Positions 32,700 to 44,380 of a DNA stretch of 64,000 nucleotides are shown piece after piece. Both the position numbers and the translations under genes were made by a program. Each line of letters starts with the position of its first letter. Positions within the stretch are counted from its first letter, which is position 1. The notes beneath the pieces were generated by a model, which was not told the origin of the DNA, made no database searches, and was given only the letters and a program-made list of their open reading frames with translations. Source of the DNA: Pseudoxanthomonas sp. (lineage in GTDB: Bacteria > Pseudomonadota > Gammaproteobacteria > Xanthomonadales > Xanthomonadaceae); the NCBI GenBank assembly GCA_047601105.1, contig JASGJT010000001.1:492879-556878 (forward strand). Direction: 5' to 3'.

Positions 32700-33854
32700 A
32701 TGCCTGACTCCCCCGCCGCCGCCAGCGTGGAGCCCGACCTCGGTGACGTAAGCGTCAGCGTGGCCGACGTGCTGGCCGCGCAGGCGCGGTTGCGGCGCTA
32801 CCTGCCGGTGACGCCGCTGCATCTGGCCGAGCGTTTCGGCACGATGCTGAAGCTGGAAAACCTGCAACGCACCGGCTCGTACAAGGTGCGCGGCGCATTG
32901 AACGCGATGCTGGCCGGGCGCGAGCGCGGCGACCACCGGCCGGTGATCTGTGCCAGCGCCGGCAACCACGCGCAAGGCGTGGCCTGGGCCGCGCATCACC
33001 TCGGCGCGCAAGCGATCACGGTGATGCCCAATGGCGCGCCAGAAACCAAGATCGCCGGCGTGCAGCATTGGGGCGCAACCGTGCGCCAGCATGGCGACAG
33101 CTACGACGAAGCCTTTGCCTTCGCCAGGGAACTGGCCGCGCAGAACAACTACCGGTTTCTGCCGGCCTTCGACGACCCGGACGTGATCGCCGGGCAAGGC
33201 ACGATCGGGCTGGAAATCGCGCCGCACGCGCCGGACGTGGTGATCGTGCCGATCGGCGGCGGCGGGCTGGCTTCCGGCGTGGCGCTGGCGCTGAAATCGC
33301 AAGGCGTGCGCGTGATCGGCGCGCAGGTCGAAGGCGTGGATTCGATGGCGCGCGCGATCAAGGGCGACCTGCGCGAGATCATGCCGGTGGCGACGCTGGC
33401 CGATGGCGTCAAGGTCAAGATCCCCGGTTTCCTGACCCGCCGCCTGTGCGCCAGCCTGCTGGATGACGTGGTGATCGTGCGCGAAGCCGAACTGCGCGAA
33501 ACCCTGGTCCGCTTGGCGCTGGAAGAACATTTGATCGCCGAAGGCGCCGGTGCGCTGGCGCTGGCCGCCGGCCGCCGCGTGACCGGCAAGCGCAAATGCG
33601 CGGTGGTGTCCGGCGGCAACATCGACGCTGGCGTGCTGGCGCAATTGCTGTCCGAAGTGCGTCCACGCCCGCCGCGCAAACCGCGCCGGCGCGCGCCCGA
33701 GGCCGATCCTTCACCCGAATCCGCCGCCCGCGCATTGCGCAGCGCAGCAAAAAACCCGCAAGAATCAACGCCTTCCAATTCACAAAAGCCCGCCGCAATG
33801 CGCGAAAATGGCCGACACATGCGCAACATCGCAGTAACCGAGGAATCCTGGTGA
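32700..33854 (+). CDS. ilvA: Threonine dehydratase, short form without regulatory domain
   Basis: [16 protein letters not shown] (PLP Lys), [28 protein letters not shown]. Confidence 0.88.
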   Translation: MPDSPAAASVEPDLGDVSVSVADVLAAQARLRRYLPVTPLHLAERFGTMLKLENLQRTGSYKVRGALNAMLAGRERGDHRPVICASAGNHAQGVAWAAHHLGAQAITVMPNGAPETKIAGVQHWGATVRQHGDSYDEAFAFARELAAQNNYRFLPAFDDPDVIAGQGTIGLEIAPHAPDVVIVPIGGGGLASGVALALKSQGVRVIGAQVEGVDSMARAIKGDLREIMPVATLADGVKVKIPGFLTRRLCASLLDDVVIVREAELRETLVRLALEEHLIAEGAGALALAAGRRVTGKRKCAVVSGGNIDAGVLAQLLSEVRPRPPRKPRRRAPEADPSPESAARALRSAAKNPQESTPSNSQKPAAMRENGRHMRNIAVTEESW

Positions 33855-35416
33855 ACACGACATCCAACAACGTCCGCATCTTCGACACCACCCTGCGCGA
33901 CGGCGAGCAGTCGCCCGGCTGCAGCATGACTCCGCAACAGAAAGTGGTGATGGCACGCGCACTGGCCGAGCTGGGCGTGGACATCATCGAAACCGGCTTC
34001 CCGGCCAGCTCGCAGTCCGACCGCGAAGCCATGGCCCTGATCGGCCGCGAGCTGCGCGAGCCGACGCTCGCCGTGCTGTCGCGCTGCCTGGAAGCCGACA
34101 TCGACACCTCGCTGCGCGCGCTGGAAAGCGCGGCCAAGCCGTACCTGCACGTGTTCCTGTCCACCAGCCCGCTGCACCGCGAGCACAAGCTGCGGATGAA
34201 CAAGGAACAGGTGCTGGAATCGGTACGCAAGCACGTGGCCTACGCCAAGCAGCACATCGACCAGATCGAGTTCTCCGCCGAGGATGCCACCCGCACCGAG
34301 ATCGAGTTCCTGGCGCAGGTCGTGGAAGTGGCTATCGCCGCTGGTGCGACCACGATCAACCTGCCCGATACCGTCGGCTTCACCACGCCGGAGGAAATCC
34401 GCGAGATGTTCCGCAAGCTGATCGCGGACGTGCCCGGCGCGGACAAGGTCATCTTCTCCACGCACTGCCACAACGACCTGGGCTTGGCCGTGGCCAACTC
34501 GCTGGCCGCCCTCGAAGGCGGCGCGCGCCAGATCGAAGGCAGCATCAACGGCATCGGCGAACGCGCCGGCAATTGCGCGATCGAGGAAGTGGCGATGGCA
34601 CTGAAGGTGCGCAACGCCTTCTACCCGTTCCAGACCAACATCAACACCAACCGCATCGTGCCGACTTCGCAACTGCTGTCGCGCCTGGTCGGCATGCCGG
34701 TACAGCGCAACAAGGCGGTGGTCGGCGCGAATGCCTTCGCGCATGAATCCGGCATCCACCAGCACGGCATGCTGCGCCACCGCGGCACCTACGAAATCAT
34801 GCGTCCGCAGGACGTCGGCTGGCCCGACACGCAGATGGTGCTGGGCCGCCACAGCGGCCGCGCCGCCGTCGAATCGCGTCTGCGCGCGCTGGGCTACTGG
34901 CTGGAAGAAGACGAACTGGCCGGCGTGTTCGACCAGTTCAAGGCCCTGTGCGAAAAGCAGCGCGTGGTCACCGATGGCGACCTGCAACGACTGATGCAGG
35001 ACGACACCGCCGGTGGACAGGGCTATCGCCTGGCGGCGATGACCATTGCCGATGGCGGCCAGCAGGGCGGCGGCCAACGCGCCAGCGCCACCGTCGAACT
35101 GTCCGACCCCAACGGCGAACGCTTCAGCGAAACCGCCAGCGGCGACGGCCCGGTCGATGCCCTGTTCTCGGCCCTGGCCTCGGCCACCGGCGTGGACCTG
35201 GTGCTGGAAAGCTACCAGGTGCACAGCGTCGGCCTGGGTGCGGACGCACGCGGCGAAGCCAGCCTGAGCGTGCGCCACGGCGAAACCGAGTACGAAGGCT
35301 CCGGCACCAGCAAGGACGTGATCGAAGCCAGCGCCCTGGCCTGGCTGGACGTGGCCAACCGCCTGCTGCGCGAGCGCAACCTCGCCAACGCCAACAGCGA
35401 AACCGTCGCCGCCTGA
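33851..35416 (+). CDS. leuA: 2-isopropylmalate synthase
   Basis: [49 protein letters not shown]; GTG start overlapping the ilvA stop. Confidence 0.96.
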   Translation: MNTTSNNVRIFDTTLRDGEQSPGCSMTPQQKVVMARALAELGVDIIETGFPASSQSDREAMALIGRELREPTLAVLSRCLEADIDTSLRALESAAKPYLHVFLSTSPLHREHKLRMNKEQVLESVRKHVAYAKQHIDQIEFSAEDATRTEIEFLAQVVEVAIAAGATTINLPDTVGFTTPEEIREMFRKLIADVPGADKVIFSTHCHNDLGLAVANSLAALEGGARQIEGSINGIGERAGNCAIEEVAMALKVRNAFYPFQTNINTNRIVPTSQLLSRLVGMPVQRNKAVVGANAFAHESGIHQHGMLRHRGTYEIMRPQDVGWPDTQMVLGRHSGRAAVESRLRALGYWLEEDELAGVFDQFKALCEKQRVVTDGDLQRLMQDDTAGGQGYRLAAMTIADGGQQGGGQRASATVELSDPNGERFSETASGDGPVDALFSALASATGVDLVLESYQVHSVGLGADARGEASLSVRHGETEYEGSGTSKDVIEASALAWLDVANRLLRERNLANANSETVAA

Positions 35417-35450
35417 TCACTGCACGCAAGCGATTCCCACACGTGAGATC

Positions 35451-35486
35451 GCCAACCCGGTAACTGCCGGGTTGGCAAGATTTTTT
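35451..35486 (+). terminator. Putative rho-independent terminator after leuA
   Basis: gccaacccgg-taactg-ccgggttggc perfect 10-bp stem, T6 four nt later. Confidence 0.75.
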
Positions 35487-35498
35487 CGGAAAATCCCA

Positions 35499-35681
35499 AT
35501 GCCCCTCCCCGAAACCAACCCCGCCGCCGTGCTGGCCTTCGACGCACTGGTCAACCGCGCGCTGGCCAAGCGCGTGGCGGATACGCCGTATCCGCGGGAC
35601 GCGAAAGCAGATACGGTTGATGAATCGGGCGCCTCGGTGCCGGATCAGCAGAACGCAGCAGACGAAGCACGAGCCGCCTGA
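35499..35681 (+). CDS. Small hypothetical protein (60 aa)
   Basis: ATG-initiated ORF between two terminators; no recognised family; weak RBS. Confidence 0.4.
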   Translation: MPLPETNPAAVLAFDALVNRALAKRVADTPYPRDAKADTVDESGASVPDQQNAADEARAA

Positions 35682-35701
35682 GGCGCAGTCGCGGGATACG
35701 C

Positions 35702-35740
35702 AAACGGCCGGTGGATCACTCCACCGGCCGTTTTGTTTTT
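35702..35740. terminator. Bidirectional terminator between the small ORF and leuB
   Basis: aaacggccggtgga-tcac-tccaccggccgttt perfect 14-bp stem, T-rich 3' side. Confidence 0.8.
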
Positions 35741-35771
35741 GCTCGTCATTCCCGCGAAGGCGATGACGCGC
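35738..35771. repeat. Truncated REP-like copy
   Basis: tttgctcgtcattcccgcgaaggcgatgacgcgc. Confidence 0.7.
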
Positions 35772-35795
35772 GTTTCAGAAAGTCAGCATTGATGG

Positions 35796-36869
35796 TTACA
35801 GCGCTGCGACGACGGCTTCGCCCATTTCGCGCGTGCCGACTTTTTCCGTGCCTTCCTGCCAGATATCGGCAGTACGTAAGCCGGCATCCAGCACCTTGCC
35901 GACCGCTTGTTCGATGGCATCGGCTGATTCGGCGTGGTTGAAGCTGTATCGCAACAGCATCGCCGCAGACAAAATCGTCGCCAGCGGGTTGGCGATGCCT
36001 TGGCCTGCGATATCCGGGGCGGAGCCGTGGCTGGGTTCGTACATGCCCTTGTTGTTCGCATCCAGCGAGGCCGAGGGCAGCATGCCAATCGAGCCGGTAA
36101 GCATCGAGGCCTGGTCGGAAAGGATATCGCCGAACATGTTGTCGGTGACGATCACGTCAAACTGCTTCGGTGCGCGCACCAGTTGCATTGCGGCGTTGTC
36201 CACGTACATGTGGCTGAGTTGCACGTCGGGGTAGTCCTTGGCCACTTCTTCCACCACGGCGCGCCACAACTGGCTGGAGGCCAGCACGTTGGCCTTGTCC
36301 ACGCTGCACAACTTCTTGCCGCGCAGGCGCGCCGCGTCGAAGCCGACCTTGGCGATGCGGCGGATTTCGCTTTCGCTGTACGGCAAGGTGTCGAAGGCCA
36401 TGCGTTCGCCGTTGTCCAGAGTGCGATTGCCGCGCGGTGCGCCGAAGTAGATGCCGCCGGTGAGTTCGCGCACGATCAGGATGTCGAGGCCGGCGACGAT
36501 TTCCGGCTTCAAGGTCGAAGCATTCGCCAGTTGCGGATACAAAATCGCCGGGCGCAGGTTGCCGAACAAACCCAGCTGCGAGCGGATTTTCAGCAGGCCG
36601 CGTTCCGGGCGCAGCGCCGGGTCGATGGTGTCCCACTTCGGGCCGCCGACTGCGCCGAGCAACACCGCATCGGCCTTGCGCGCACGCTCCAAGGTTTCAT
36701 CGGCCAGCGGCGTGCCGTATTTTTCATAGGCCGCGCCGCCAAGCTCGTCGAACGAGAATTCGAGGTCGAGCTTGTACTTGGTGTTGACGGTTTCCAGGAC
36801 TTTCACCGCTTCGGCGATGATTTCCGGGCCGATGCCGTCGCCGGGGAGGACGAGGATTTTCTTGCTCAT
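35796..36869 (-). CDS. leuB: 3-isopropylmalate dehydrogenase
   Basis: [59 protein letters not shown]. Confidence 0.97.
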   Translation of the reverse strand: MSKKILVLPGDGIGPEIIAEAVKVLETVNTKYKLDLEFSFDELGGAAYEKYGTPLADETLERARKADAVLLGAVGGPKWDTIDPALRPERGLLKIRSQLGLFGNLRPAILYPQLANASTLKPEIVAGLDILIVRELTGGIYFGAPRGNRTLDNGERMAFDTLPYSESEIRRIAKVGFDAARLRGKKLCSVDKANVLASSQLWRAVVEEVAKDYPDVQLSHMYVDNAAMQLVRAPKQFDVIVTDNMFGDILSDQASMLTGSIGMLPSASLDANNKGMYEPSHGSAPDIAGQGIANPLATILSAAMLLRYSFNHAESADAIEQAVGKVLDAGLRTADIWQEGTEKVGTREMGEAVVAAL

Positions 36870-36885
36870 CAGTATTTCCTTGGGT

Positions 36886-37527
36886 TTACTGGCCAAACAA
36901 CCACGGCTGCGCGGCGCGGTGTTTTGTTTCGTAGCTACGAATCGCATCGCTGTCCTGCAGGGTCAGGCCGATATCGTCCAGACCGTTGAACAGGCAATGC
37001 TTGCGGAAGGCGTCGATCTCGAATGAGTACGCCACGCCATCGGGGCGGGTCACGGTTTGCGTGGCCAGGTCAACGGTCAGCGTGTAGCCTTTGGTTGCCT
37101 CGCATTGCGCGAACAGGGCATCCACTTCGTCTTCCTTCAAGATGATCGGCAGCAGGCCGTTCTTGAAGCTGTTGTTGAAGAAGATGTCGGCGAAGCTGGG
37201 CGCGATCACCGCGCGGAAGCCGTATTCGTCCAGCGCCCACGGTGCGTGTTCGCGGCTGGAACCGCAGCCGAAGTTCTCACGCGCCAGCAACACGCTTGCG
37301 CCTGCGTAGCGCGGGAAATTCAGCACGAATTCCTTGTTGACCGGGCGCGTGCTGCAATCCTGATTCGGCTGGCCGACATCGAGATAACGCCACTCGTCGA
37401 ACAGGTTGGGGCCGAAGCCGGTGCGCTTGATCGACTTCAGGAATTGCTTGGGAATGATCTGGTCGGTATCGACATTGGCGCGGTCCAGCGGGCAAACCAG
37501 GCCGGTGTGTTGGGTAAAGGGTTTCAT
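36886..37527 (-). CDS. leuD: 3-isopropylmalate dehydratase small subunit
   Basis: [42 protein letters not shown]. Confidence 0.97.
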   Translation of the reverse strand: MKPFTQHTGLVCPLDRANVDTDQIIPKQFLKSIKRTGFGPNLFDEWRYLDVGQPNQDCSTRPVNKEFVLNFPRYAGASVLLARENFGCGSSREHAPWALDEYGFRAVIAPSFADIFFNNSFKNGLLPIILKEDEVDALFAQCEATKGYTLTVDLATQTVTRPDGVAYSFEIDAFRKHCLFNGLDDIGLTLQDSDAIRSYETKHRAAQPWLFGQ

Positions 37528-37537
37528 GGGATAGGGC

Positions 37538-37630
37538 CGGGAATAGGGAATGGAGAATCGGGAATGGGAAGGGCGGACAGGTTGCGGGGATCGCTTTTGC
37601 GATTCCCTATTCCCCATTCCCCATTCCCTG
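37538..37630. repeat. Heptamer-periodic inverted repeat array (GGGAATN)n ... (NATTCCC)n
   Basis: gggaata-gggaatg-gagaatc-gggaatg and gattccc-tattccc-cattccc-cattccc; the leuC 3' end runs into it. Confidence 0.85.
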
Positions 37631-39046
37631 CATTTCCCGCACATCGACGAAGTGACCGGCGACTGCTGCCGCTGCAGCCATCGCCGGGCTGACCAGGTGC
37701 GTGCGTCCGCCTGCGCCCTGGCGGCCTTCGAAGTTGCGATTCGACGTTGATGCGCAATGCTCGCCGCTGCCCAACTTGTCCGGGTTCATCGCAAGGCACA
37801 TCGAGCAACCCGGTTCGCGCCATTCAAAGCCGGCTTCGACGAAGATCTTGTCCAGGCCTTCTTTTTCCGCCTGCGCCTTGACCAATCCGGAGCCGGGCAC
37901 GACCAGCGCCTGCTTCACCGTCGAGGCCACCTTGCGACCCTTCGCAACGATGGCAGCGGCACGCAAATCCTCGATGCGTGAATTGGTGCAGGAGCCGATG
38001 AACACGCGGTCCAGCTTGATCGTGGTGATCGGTTGATTCGCTTCCAGCCCCATGTATTTCAGTGCGCGCTGGATGGAGTCCTTTTTCGTCGGATCAGCCT
38101 CGCGTGCCGGATCGGGCACGTTCTGGTCAACGGCCAGCACCATTTCCGGCGAAGTGCCCCAGCTGACTTGCGGCTTGATCTCTTCCGCACGCAACTCGAC
38201 CACGGTATCGAAGCGTGCATCGTCGTCGGATACCAGATCCTTCCACACGGCGACTGCGGCGTCCCAGTCCGCGCCCTTCGGTGCAAACGGACGGCCGCGC
38301 ACGTAGTCGATGGTTTTTTCGTCCACCGCGACCATGCCGACGCGCGCACCGGCTTCGATGGCCATGTTGCAGATGGTCATGCGGCCTTCAATGGACAGAT
38401 CGCGAATCGCGCTGCCGGCGAATTCCAGCGCGTGGCCGTTGCCACCGGCGGTGCCGATCTTGCCGATCACCGCCAGCACGATGTCCTTGGCGGTCACGCC
38501 GAACGGCAACGTGCCTTCCACGCGCACCTGCATGTTCTTCATCTTCTTGGCGACCAGGCATTGCGTGGCCAGCACGTGTTCCACTTCGGAGGTACCGATG
38601 CCATGCGCCAGCGCGCCGAATGCGCCGTGCGTTGAAGTGTGCGAATCGCCGCAGACCACGGTCATGCCCGGCAGGGTCGCGCCTTGTTCGGGGCCGACGA
38701 CGTGGACGATGCCCTGGCGCACATCGTTCATCTTGAACTCGAGGATGCCGAAGTCGTCGCAGTTTTCGTCCAGCGTTTGCACTTGCAGGCGCGAGACTTC
38801 ATCGGCGATGGCTTGCAGGCCGCCGGCGCGTTCGGTCTTGGTGGTCGGCACGTTGTGGTCGGGCGTGGCGATGTTGGCGTCGATGCGCCACGGCTTGCGC
38901 GCCGCCAGGCGCAGGCCCTCGAAGGCTTGCGGCGAGGTCACTTCATGCAGGATGTGGCGGTCGATGTAGATCAGCGAGGAGCCGTCGTCGCGGCGCTTCA
39001 CTTCATGCATTTCCCACAGTTTGTCGTACAGGGTCTTGGCGGACAT
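37607..39046 (-). CDS. leuC: 3-isopropylmalate dehydratase large subunit
   Basis: [60 protein letters not shown]. Confidence 0.97.
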   Translation of the reverse strand: MSAKTLYDKLWEMHEVKRRDDGSSLIYIDRHILHEVTSPQAFEGLRLAARKPWRIDANIATPDHNVPTTKTERAGGLQAIADEVSRLQVQTLDENCDDFGILEFKMNDVRQGIVHVVGPEQGATLPGMTVVCGDSHTSTHGAFGALAHGIGTSEVEHVLATQCLVAKKMKNMQVRVEGTLPFGVTAKDIVLAVIGKIGTAGGNGHALEFAGSAIRDLSIEGRMTICNMAIEAGARVGMVAVDEKTIDYVRGRPFAPKGADWDAAVAVWKDLVSDDDARFDTVVELRAEEIKPQVSWGTSPEMVLAVDQNVPDPAREADPTKKDSIQRALKYMGLEANQPITTIKLDRVFIGSCTNSRIEDLRAAAIVAKGRKVASTVKQALVVPGSGLVKAQAEKEGLDKIFVEAGFEWREPGCSMCLAMNPDKLGSGEHCASTSNRNFEGRQGAGGRTHLVSPAMAAAAAVAGHFVDVREMQGMGNGE

Positions 39047-39106
39047 GGACGTGTCTCGGAGGGGTCTGGCGATGTGCTGGAACCGGCATGGTAGGCGCCC
39101 GCCTTG

Positions 39107-39134
39107 CATGAAACAAATTCATGTTTTTCATGAA
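39107..39134. promoter_or_regulatory. Putative LysR binding site (ATG-N9-CAT; T-N11-A)
   Basis: catgaaacaaattcatg followed by tttttcatgaa, between divergent leuC and lysR. Confidence 0.6.
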
Positions 39135-39167
39135 TACCCATTACTACACGCTATATTGTTGGGCATC

Positions 39168-40082
39168 ATGGATATCGCCAACCTCGCCGCCTTTCTCGCC
39201 ATTGCCGACACCGGCAGCTTTTCCGCCGCCGCCGAACGCCTGCACTTGACCCAGCCTGCCATCAGCAAGCGCATCGGCCTGCTGGAGGCGGAACTGGGCG
39301 TGCGCCTGTTCGACCGGCTGAGCCGGCAGGTGGTGCCGACCGAGGCCGGGCTGGCGCTGCGCCCGCGTGCGCAGCGCATCCTCGATGAAGTGCAGGACGC
39401 GCGCCGGCTGCTGGACATGCTGGGCGATGAGGTCACCGGCAGCTTGAGCCTGGCCACCAGCCACCACGTCGGCCTGCACCGCTTGCCGCCGCTGCTGCGC
39501 CAATTCGCCGCGCGGCATCCCGCGGCGGCGCTGGATATCCGCTTCCTCGATTCGGAACAGGCTTACGCGCAGGTGCTGCAAGGCGAAGTGGAACTGGCGG
39601 TGACCACACTCGGCCCGGACACCGCTACGCCGTTGCGCGCGGTGCCGGTCTGGGATGACCCGTTGCACTTCGTCGTCGCACCCGACCATCCGCTGGCGGC
39701 GCTGCGCAAGCCAACGCTGCAAGCCATCGCCGCACATGCGGCGGTATTGCCGGAGCGCGACACCTTCACCCATCGCATCGTCGCCGAATTGTTCGCGATG
39801 CACGGGCAGGCGCTACGGCTGCGCATGACCACCAATTACCTGGAGACGATCAAGATGCTGGTGTCGGTGGGGCTGGCGTGGAGCGTGTTGCCGGAAAGCC
39901 TGATCGACGAGCAGGTGATCGCGCTGCCCTTGACCGGCGTGGACCTGCATCGCCAACTCGGCCATGTGAGCCACGGCGGGCGCACGCCCTCGCGCGCGGC
40001 GCGGGCGTTCCTGGCCTTGCTGGAAGAGCATGCCGATGCGCCATTTCGCAGGCACGACGTGCCTGCGAATCGCGAGCCATGA
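39168..40082 (+). CDS. LysR-family transcriptional regulator divergent from leuC
   Basis: GSFSAAAERLHLTQPAISKRIGLLEAELGVRLFDR HTH plus substrate-binding domain. Confidence 0.95.
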   Translation: MDIANLAAFLAIADTGSFSAAAERLHLTQPAISKRIGLLEAELGVRLFDRLSRQVVPTEAGLALRPRAQRILDEVQDARRLLDMLGDEVTGSLSLATSHHVGLHRLPPLLRQFAARHPAAALDIRFLDSEQAYAQVLQGEVELAVTTLGPDTATPLRAVPVWDDPLHFVVAPDHPLAALRKPTLQAIAAHAAVLPERDTFTHRIVAELFAMHGQALRLRMTTNYLETIKMLVSVGLAWSVLPESLIDEQVIALPLTGVDLHRQLGHVSHGGRTPSRAARAFLALLEEHADAPFRRHDVPANREP

Positions 40083-40085
40083 CGA

Positions 40086-43018
40086 TCAATCCGCCACCAG
40101 CCGGTCGCGGCCGGCGTTCTTGGCCTGGTACAGGCGGCGGTCGGCCAGGGTCATCAGTTCGCGACGGCTGCGCCCGTCGTCGCCCAGACAGGCCATGCCC
40201 ACGCTGGCGGTGCAGCGCACGAGCTTGCCGTTTGCGGGCACTTCAAGCCAGCCGATCTGCCGGCGGATGCGCTCGAACACCGTCCGCGCCTGCACTGGTT
40301 CCAGGCCGTGCGCGACCAGCAGGAATTCCTCGCCGCCGAGGCGCGCCGCGAACACGTCACTCTGGCTGCTGTCCACCAGCAGCTGACCGATTTGGCGCAG
40401 CATTTCGTCGCCGGCCTCGTGGCCATATTCATCGTTGATGCGCTTGAAGTCGTCGATATCCAGCAACGCCAGCGCCAAGGGCGTGGCAGCGGCGCTGGCC
40501 TGTTGCAGGTGCTGTTGCAGGTGGTGTTCTGCCTCGCGCCGGTTCGGCAGATTGGTCAGCTCGTCGCGGCTGGCCTGCCAGGCCAGGCAGCGCAACAGTC
40601 GTTCGCGCTCCTGCGAAGCCTGTTCCAGCGCCTGGTTCTTTTCGTTCAGTTCCTGCGTGCGGTCTTCGACCAGTCGTTCCAGATGTTGCTTCTTGCGCAG
40701 CATTTGGCGCTCGCCCAACCGGTACAGCCAGAAGGCGAGCAAGGTCACACCCACCACCACCAATGCGAAGAACCACGGTTGCAACCACCATGGCACTTTG
40801 CGTTCGAACACCAGTTCCGCCTGGCTGGGCGCAGTGGCGTCGCGCCAGTCCCCCGGCGCTCGCGTGGCCTGGACCTGGAAGCGGAAGCGCCCCGGCGGCA
40901 GGTTGGTATAAATCGCTTCGGCGATGTTGTCGGTTTCGTTCCAGTCGTGCTCGAAGCCTTGCATGCGGTAGCGATAGCGCAACTTGCCGGGCTCACGCAG
41001 GCTCAAGCCGGCATAGCGGATCTGCAGGCGGTGCGACGACGCGGACAGGTCGTAGACGGCTTGTTGCGGCAGGGCCGTACCATCGACACGCACTGATTCG
41101 ATCACCAAGGGCGCGACCAGGGCGCGCTGGCGCTCGGCGATGGCTGGGTCGATCACCGCCACGCCGTTGGCGGTGGGGAACCACAGCCGCCCGTCGCGCA
41201 TGCGCCAACCCGCCGACATGCCACTGCCATTGGCCTGGCTGCCGGGCATGCCGTCGCTGTAATCGAAGGTTTCCACCGACAGGCGCTCACGACGGCCGCC
41301 GTCGATCTGGTCGAATTCGCTGCGCGCCACGCGGAAGATGCCGTGGTTGCTCGACAGCCACAGGTAGCCGTTGCCGTCGTCGAGGATGCGGAACAGGGTG
41401 TCGCGCGGCATGCCGGCGGCACGGTCGTAATGATGGAGGCGGCCTTCGCGCCACCGCAGCAAGCCGTGGTCGCTGGCGATCCACAAGGTGCCATCGGCAT
41501 CGCCGAGAAAATCGAACACGCCGATCGCCGGGAAACCGGGTTCGCCCGTCCGCAGCGCGCCATCGGCCGTCAGCGTGGACAGGCCTTCCGGGGTGCCGAT
41601 CCACAGCACGCCATCCGGCGAACGATGCAGCGCACGGACAAAGGCGCCGGACAAGCCATCCTCGCGCCCGTAAACGCGCTGCAGGCTGCCATTGCGATAA
41701 TGGGCCAGGCCGTTGCTGGTACCAACCCACAGCTCGCCGCCAGCTTCTTCCAGCAGCGCGCGCACCTGCTGCGACGGCAGGCCCTGTTTGCGGTCGATGC
41801 GCTGCATGATCGCACCAGTGCGCGACAACCTCAGCACGCCGCCATCGTAGGTACCCCCACCCACACACCGCCATCATTGGCCGCCGCCAACGACAATACC
41901 GACGGCTCCGATCCGCCGTCGCGCGACATCTGCACCCGCGACAGATGACCGTCGCGCCACACGTCCAGCCCAGCGGCATGACCCACCCAGGCCGAGCCAT
42001 CAACGCCCTGCACGATCACGCGCACATAGTCGTCGCCCAGTCCGTTGGCCTGGGTCAGGCCGAATACTGCGCCATCGGAAATACGGAACAGGCCGTTGGT
42101 GGTACCGGCCCAGAGCAGCCCTTCGCGATCCTCGAACAAGGTCGAGCCACGCCCGACCAATCCGTTGCGCGCGGTCAGCACCTGGGTCTTGCCATCGCGG
42201 TAGCGGATCAAGCCATCGGCCGTGGTCAGCATCCACAGGTTGCCGTCGCGGTCTTCCAGCACCGATTCGACGCGATCCTGTCGCACCTGCGTCGCCCGCC
42301 CGTTGCGCACGCGCCAGATGCCACCATCGCCAGCCACCCAGTAACCGCCATCACGCGCCGCCAACAGGCAGCGCACCGTGCGCGCCGGCATGCCCAAGCG
42401 TGCGCCGTAATCTTCCAGCTTGCCTTGGCGCAGGCGGCGCAGGCCACGACTGCCGCCCATCAGCACATCGCCATTGGCCTGCAACAACAGGCTGAAGACC
42501 GGGCCATCGCGCAACCCCGCCTTCGCGCCCAAGTCATCAATGCGCCCATCCGCACCCTGTCGCAGCAGCGTGGATTCGGTACCGACCCAAAGCGCGCCGG
42601 CTGCATCACGATACAGTGCGGTCACCGCGCGAACCTGGCCCAACTCCCCACTCATGCGCTGCCAGCGGCCCCGATGGAAGCGCACCATCCCACTGGCCGT
42701 GCCCAGCAGCATCGCGCCGTCGGCATCGCGCAGCACCGCGCGCACCCCGGCAATCTCCATGCCCGGCACGCTGATCGCATCGTAAGTCTCGAAACTGCGC
42801 CCATTGAAACGCGCCGCACCTTCCCAGGTACCCAGCCACAGGAAGCCCTCGTCATCCTGGCTGATGCCGTGGATCAGGTCATGCGGCAACCCCGACTTCA
42901 TCGTCCAATGGGTGACGGTGTATTCGTCAACACTGCGCGCAGGATCCAGCGCCCGCGCCGGAAAGACCGGCAGCAGCAGGCAGCAAAGCAGCAAGGCAAG
43001 GCGCGCGATGCGTCGCAA
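40086..43018 (-). pseudogene. Periplasmic beta-propeller/Y_Y_Y sensor diguanylate cyclase split by a frameshift near 41856
   Basis: ORF 41831-43018 (signal peptide, WxGT propeller repeats) and ORF 40086-41864 (more repeats, Y_Y_Y-like YRYRMQGFE, TM, DELTNLPNRR, RLGGEEF). Total 2933 nt = 3n+2; the break is at a G5 tract where WVGTYDGG is expected. Confidence 0.85.
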
Positions 43019-43181
43019 GCGTCGGATTCGGTGGAAACGAAACCATGATTATCAACGCAAAACCGGCTGCGTGGGCATGGCTGACGCTTACTTTGAAGTC
43101 ACATTCCCGCAGATGCACCAGGCAGGAAACCGCCATCAGATGCGCTCGCCCGGCAACGCCAAGGCCGTAGTGAAACCCTTT

Positions 43182-44380
43182 CTACGGCAACACTGCATCC
43201 AACGATTCCTGCTCCAGCCGGATCGGTTGCTGGAGCAAGGCTTGTGCAATGTCGTTCCAACCTGCGCGCTCGGCCCAGCGCACCATTGCCGCCAGGACAG
43301 TGGCATCGGGTGTTTCCGCCGTTTGTGCAATTTCCGATGGAATTTCATGCGGCGACATGCGCCACGGCCGCAGCGTGCGACCGGCCTCCTGCGCAACCTT
43401 CGCCAGCGTGGCGGCGATGCGGAAACCGCCTTCATCGATGTCACCCCAATGCAGAACCAGTGCCTGCGCCGGCAGCTCGCGCAAGATGCGTGCATAAGCC
43501 GTGCGCCAGGCCGGCGAAGGCATGCCACCGGTGTAAAGCAACAAGGCCGAAGAACGCCCTGCCACTTGCGTCGCATCGTGGAAGCTGGCCAGGTTCTCGA
43601 TGGTCAGCAAACACGTGGCCTGTGTCTGCAGGCGGCGCAGGGATTCGACCGGCAAGCCCAGGTATGGCCTCAGCAACGGCAGATCACCATCATCGAGCAT
43701 GGCCGTGCCTTCGCCGCATACCCGCATTGGTTGCGGTTCGCGGCGCAGGCCCAGTGCCGCCCAGACGTGTTCCTTCTCCAGCCCGCTGGCGGCCAGTTCA
43801 CCGGTGACCAGCACTTCCAGCCATGGCGTCAGTTTTTCCAGGCGCTTGCTCTGGCTGCTGCCGAACAGGCGCACGCTTTCGCGGCGCAGGATGCGTTCGT
43901 GTCCGCTGTCGCCTTGGCGTGCGGCAACGGCATGGGCCGCGGCGGCGAGGTCGCCCGCACTGTCGGCATCAGCGCCATGCACCTTGCGGCCTTGCCGCCA
44001 CGCGTCCAGCACCTCGTTGATGATCGGGAACCGTGCAACCCAGGGCGACAACAAGGTGCTTGCCGCATCGGCTTTTTCATCCAGCAAGCGGATACCAAGA
44101 TGCCGTGCCAAGGCTGGCAGGTCGGCCACGGACAGGCGCAGCAGCTTCTGGCCATCGCCATGCAGGCGATCACGCCTGGCCACGATGGCACCGTCGCGTT
44201 CGGCCAGGGCGATCTGTGCGTGGAAGGTTTCCACTTCGGCCAGCGATTCCAGTTTCTGGTATTCGGCAGCATCGCGAGCGCTGGTCATCGACAGCGACAC
44301 GGCGCGGGATTCATCGCGCAGGCGTGCCACTTCGGCACGGCGCAGCAATCTCGCTCCAGCACGCGCCGTGCTGCACTCAT
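43182..44380 (-). CDS. jetD: Wadjet JetD (Toprim nuclease), with an apparent frameshift near the 5' end
   Basis: LLTIENLASF (Glu), LYTGGMPS, HWGDIDEGGFRIA (DxD). The ATG at 44380 overlaps the jetC stop (ATGA) but is out of frame with the body after codon 10. Confidence 0.8.
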
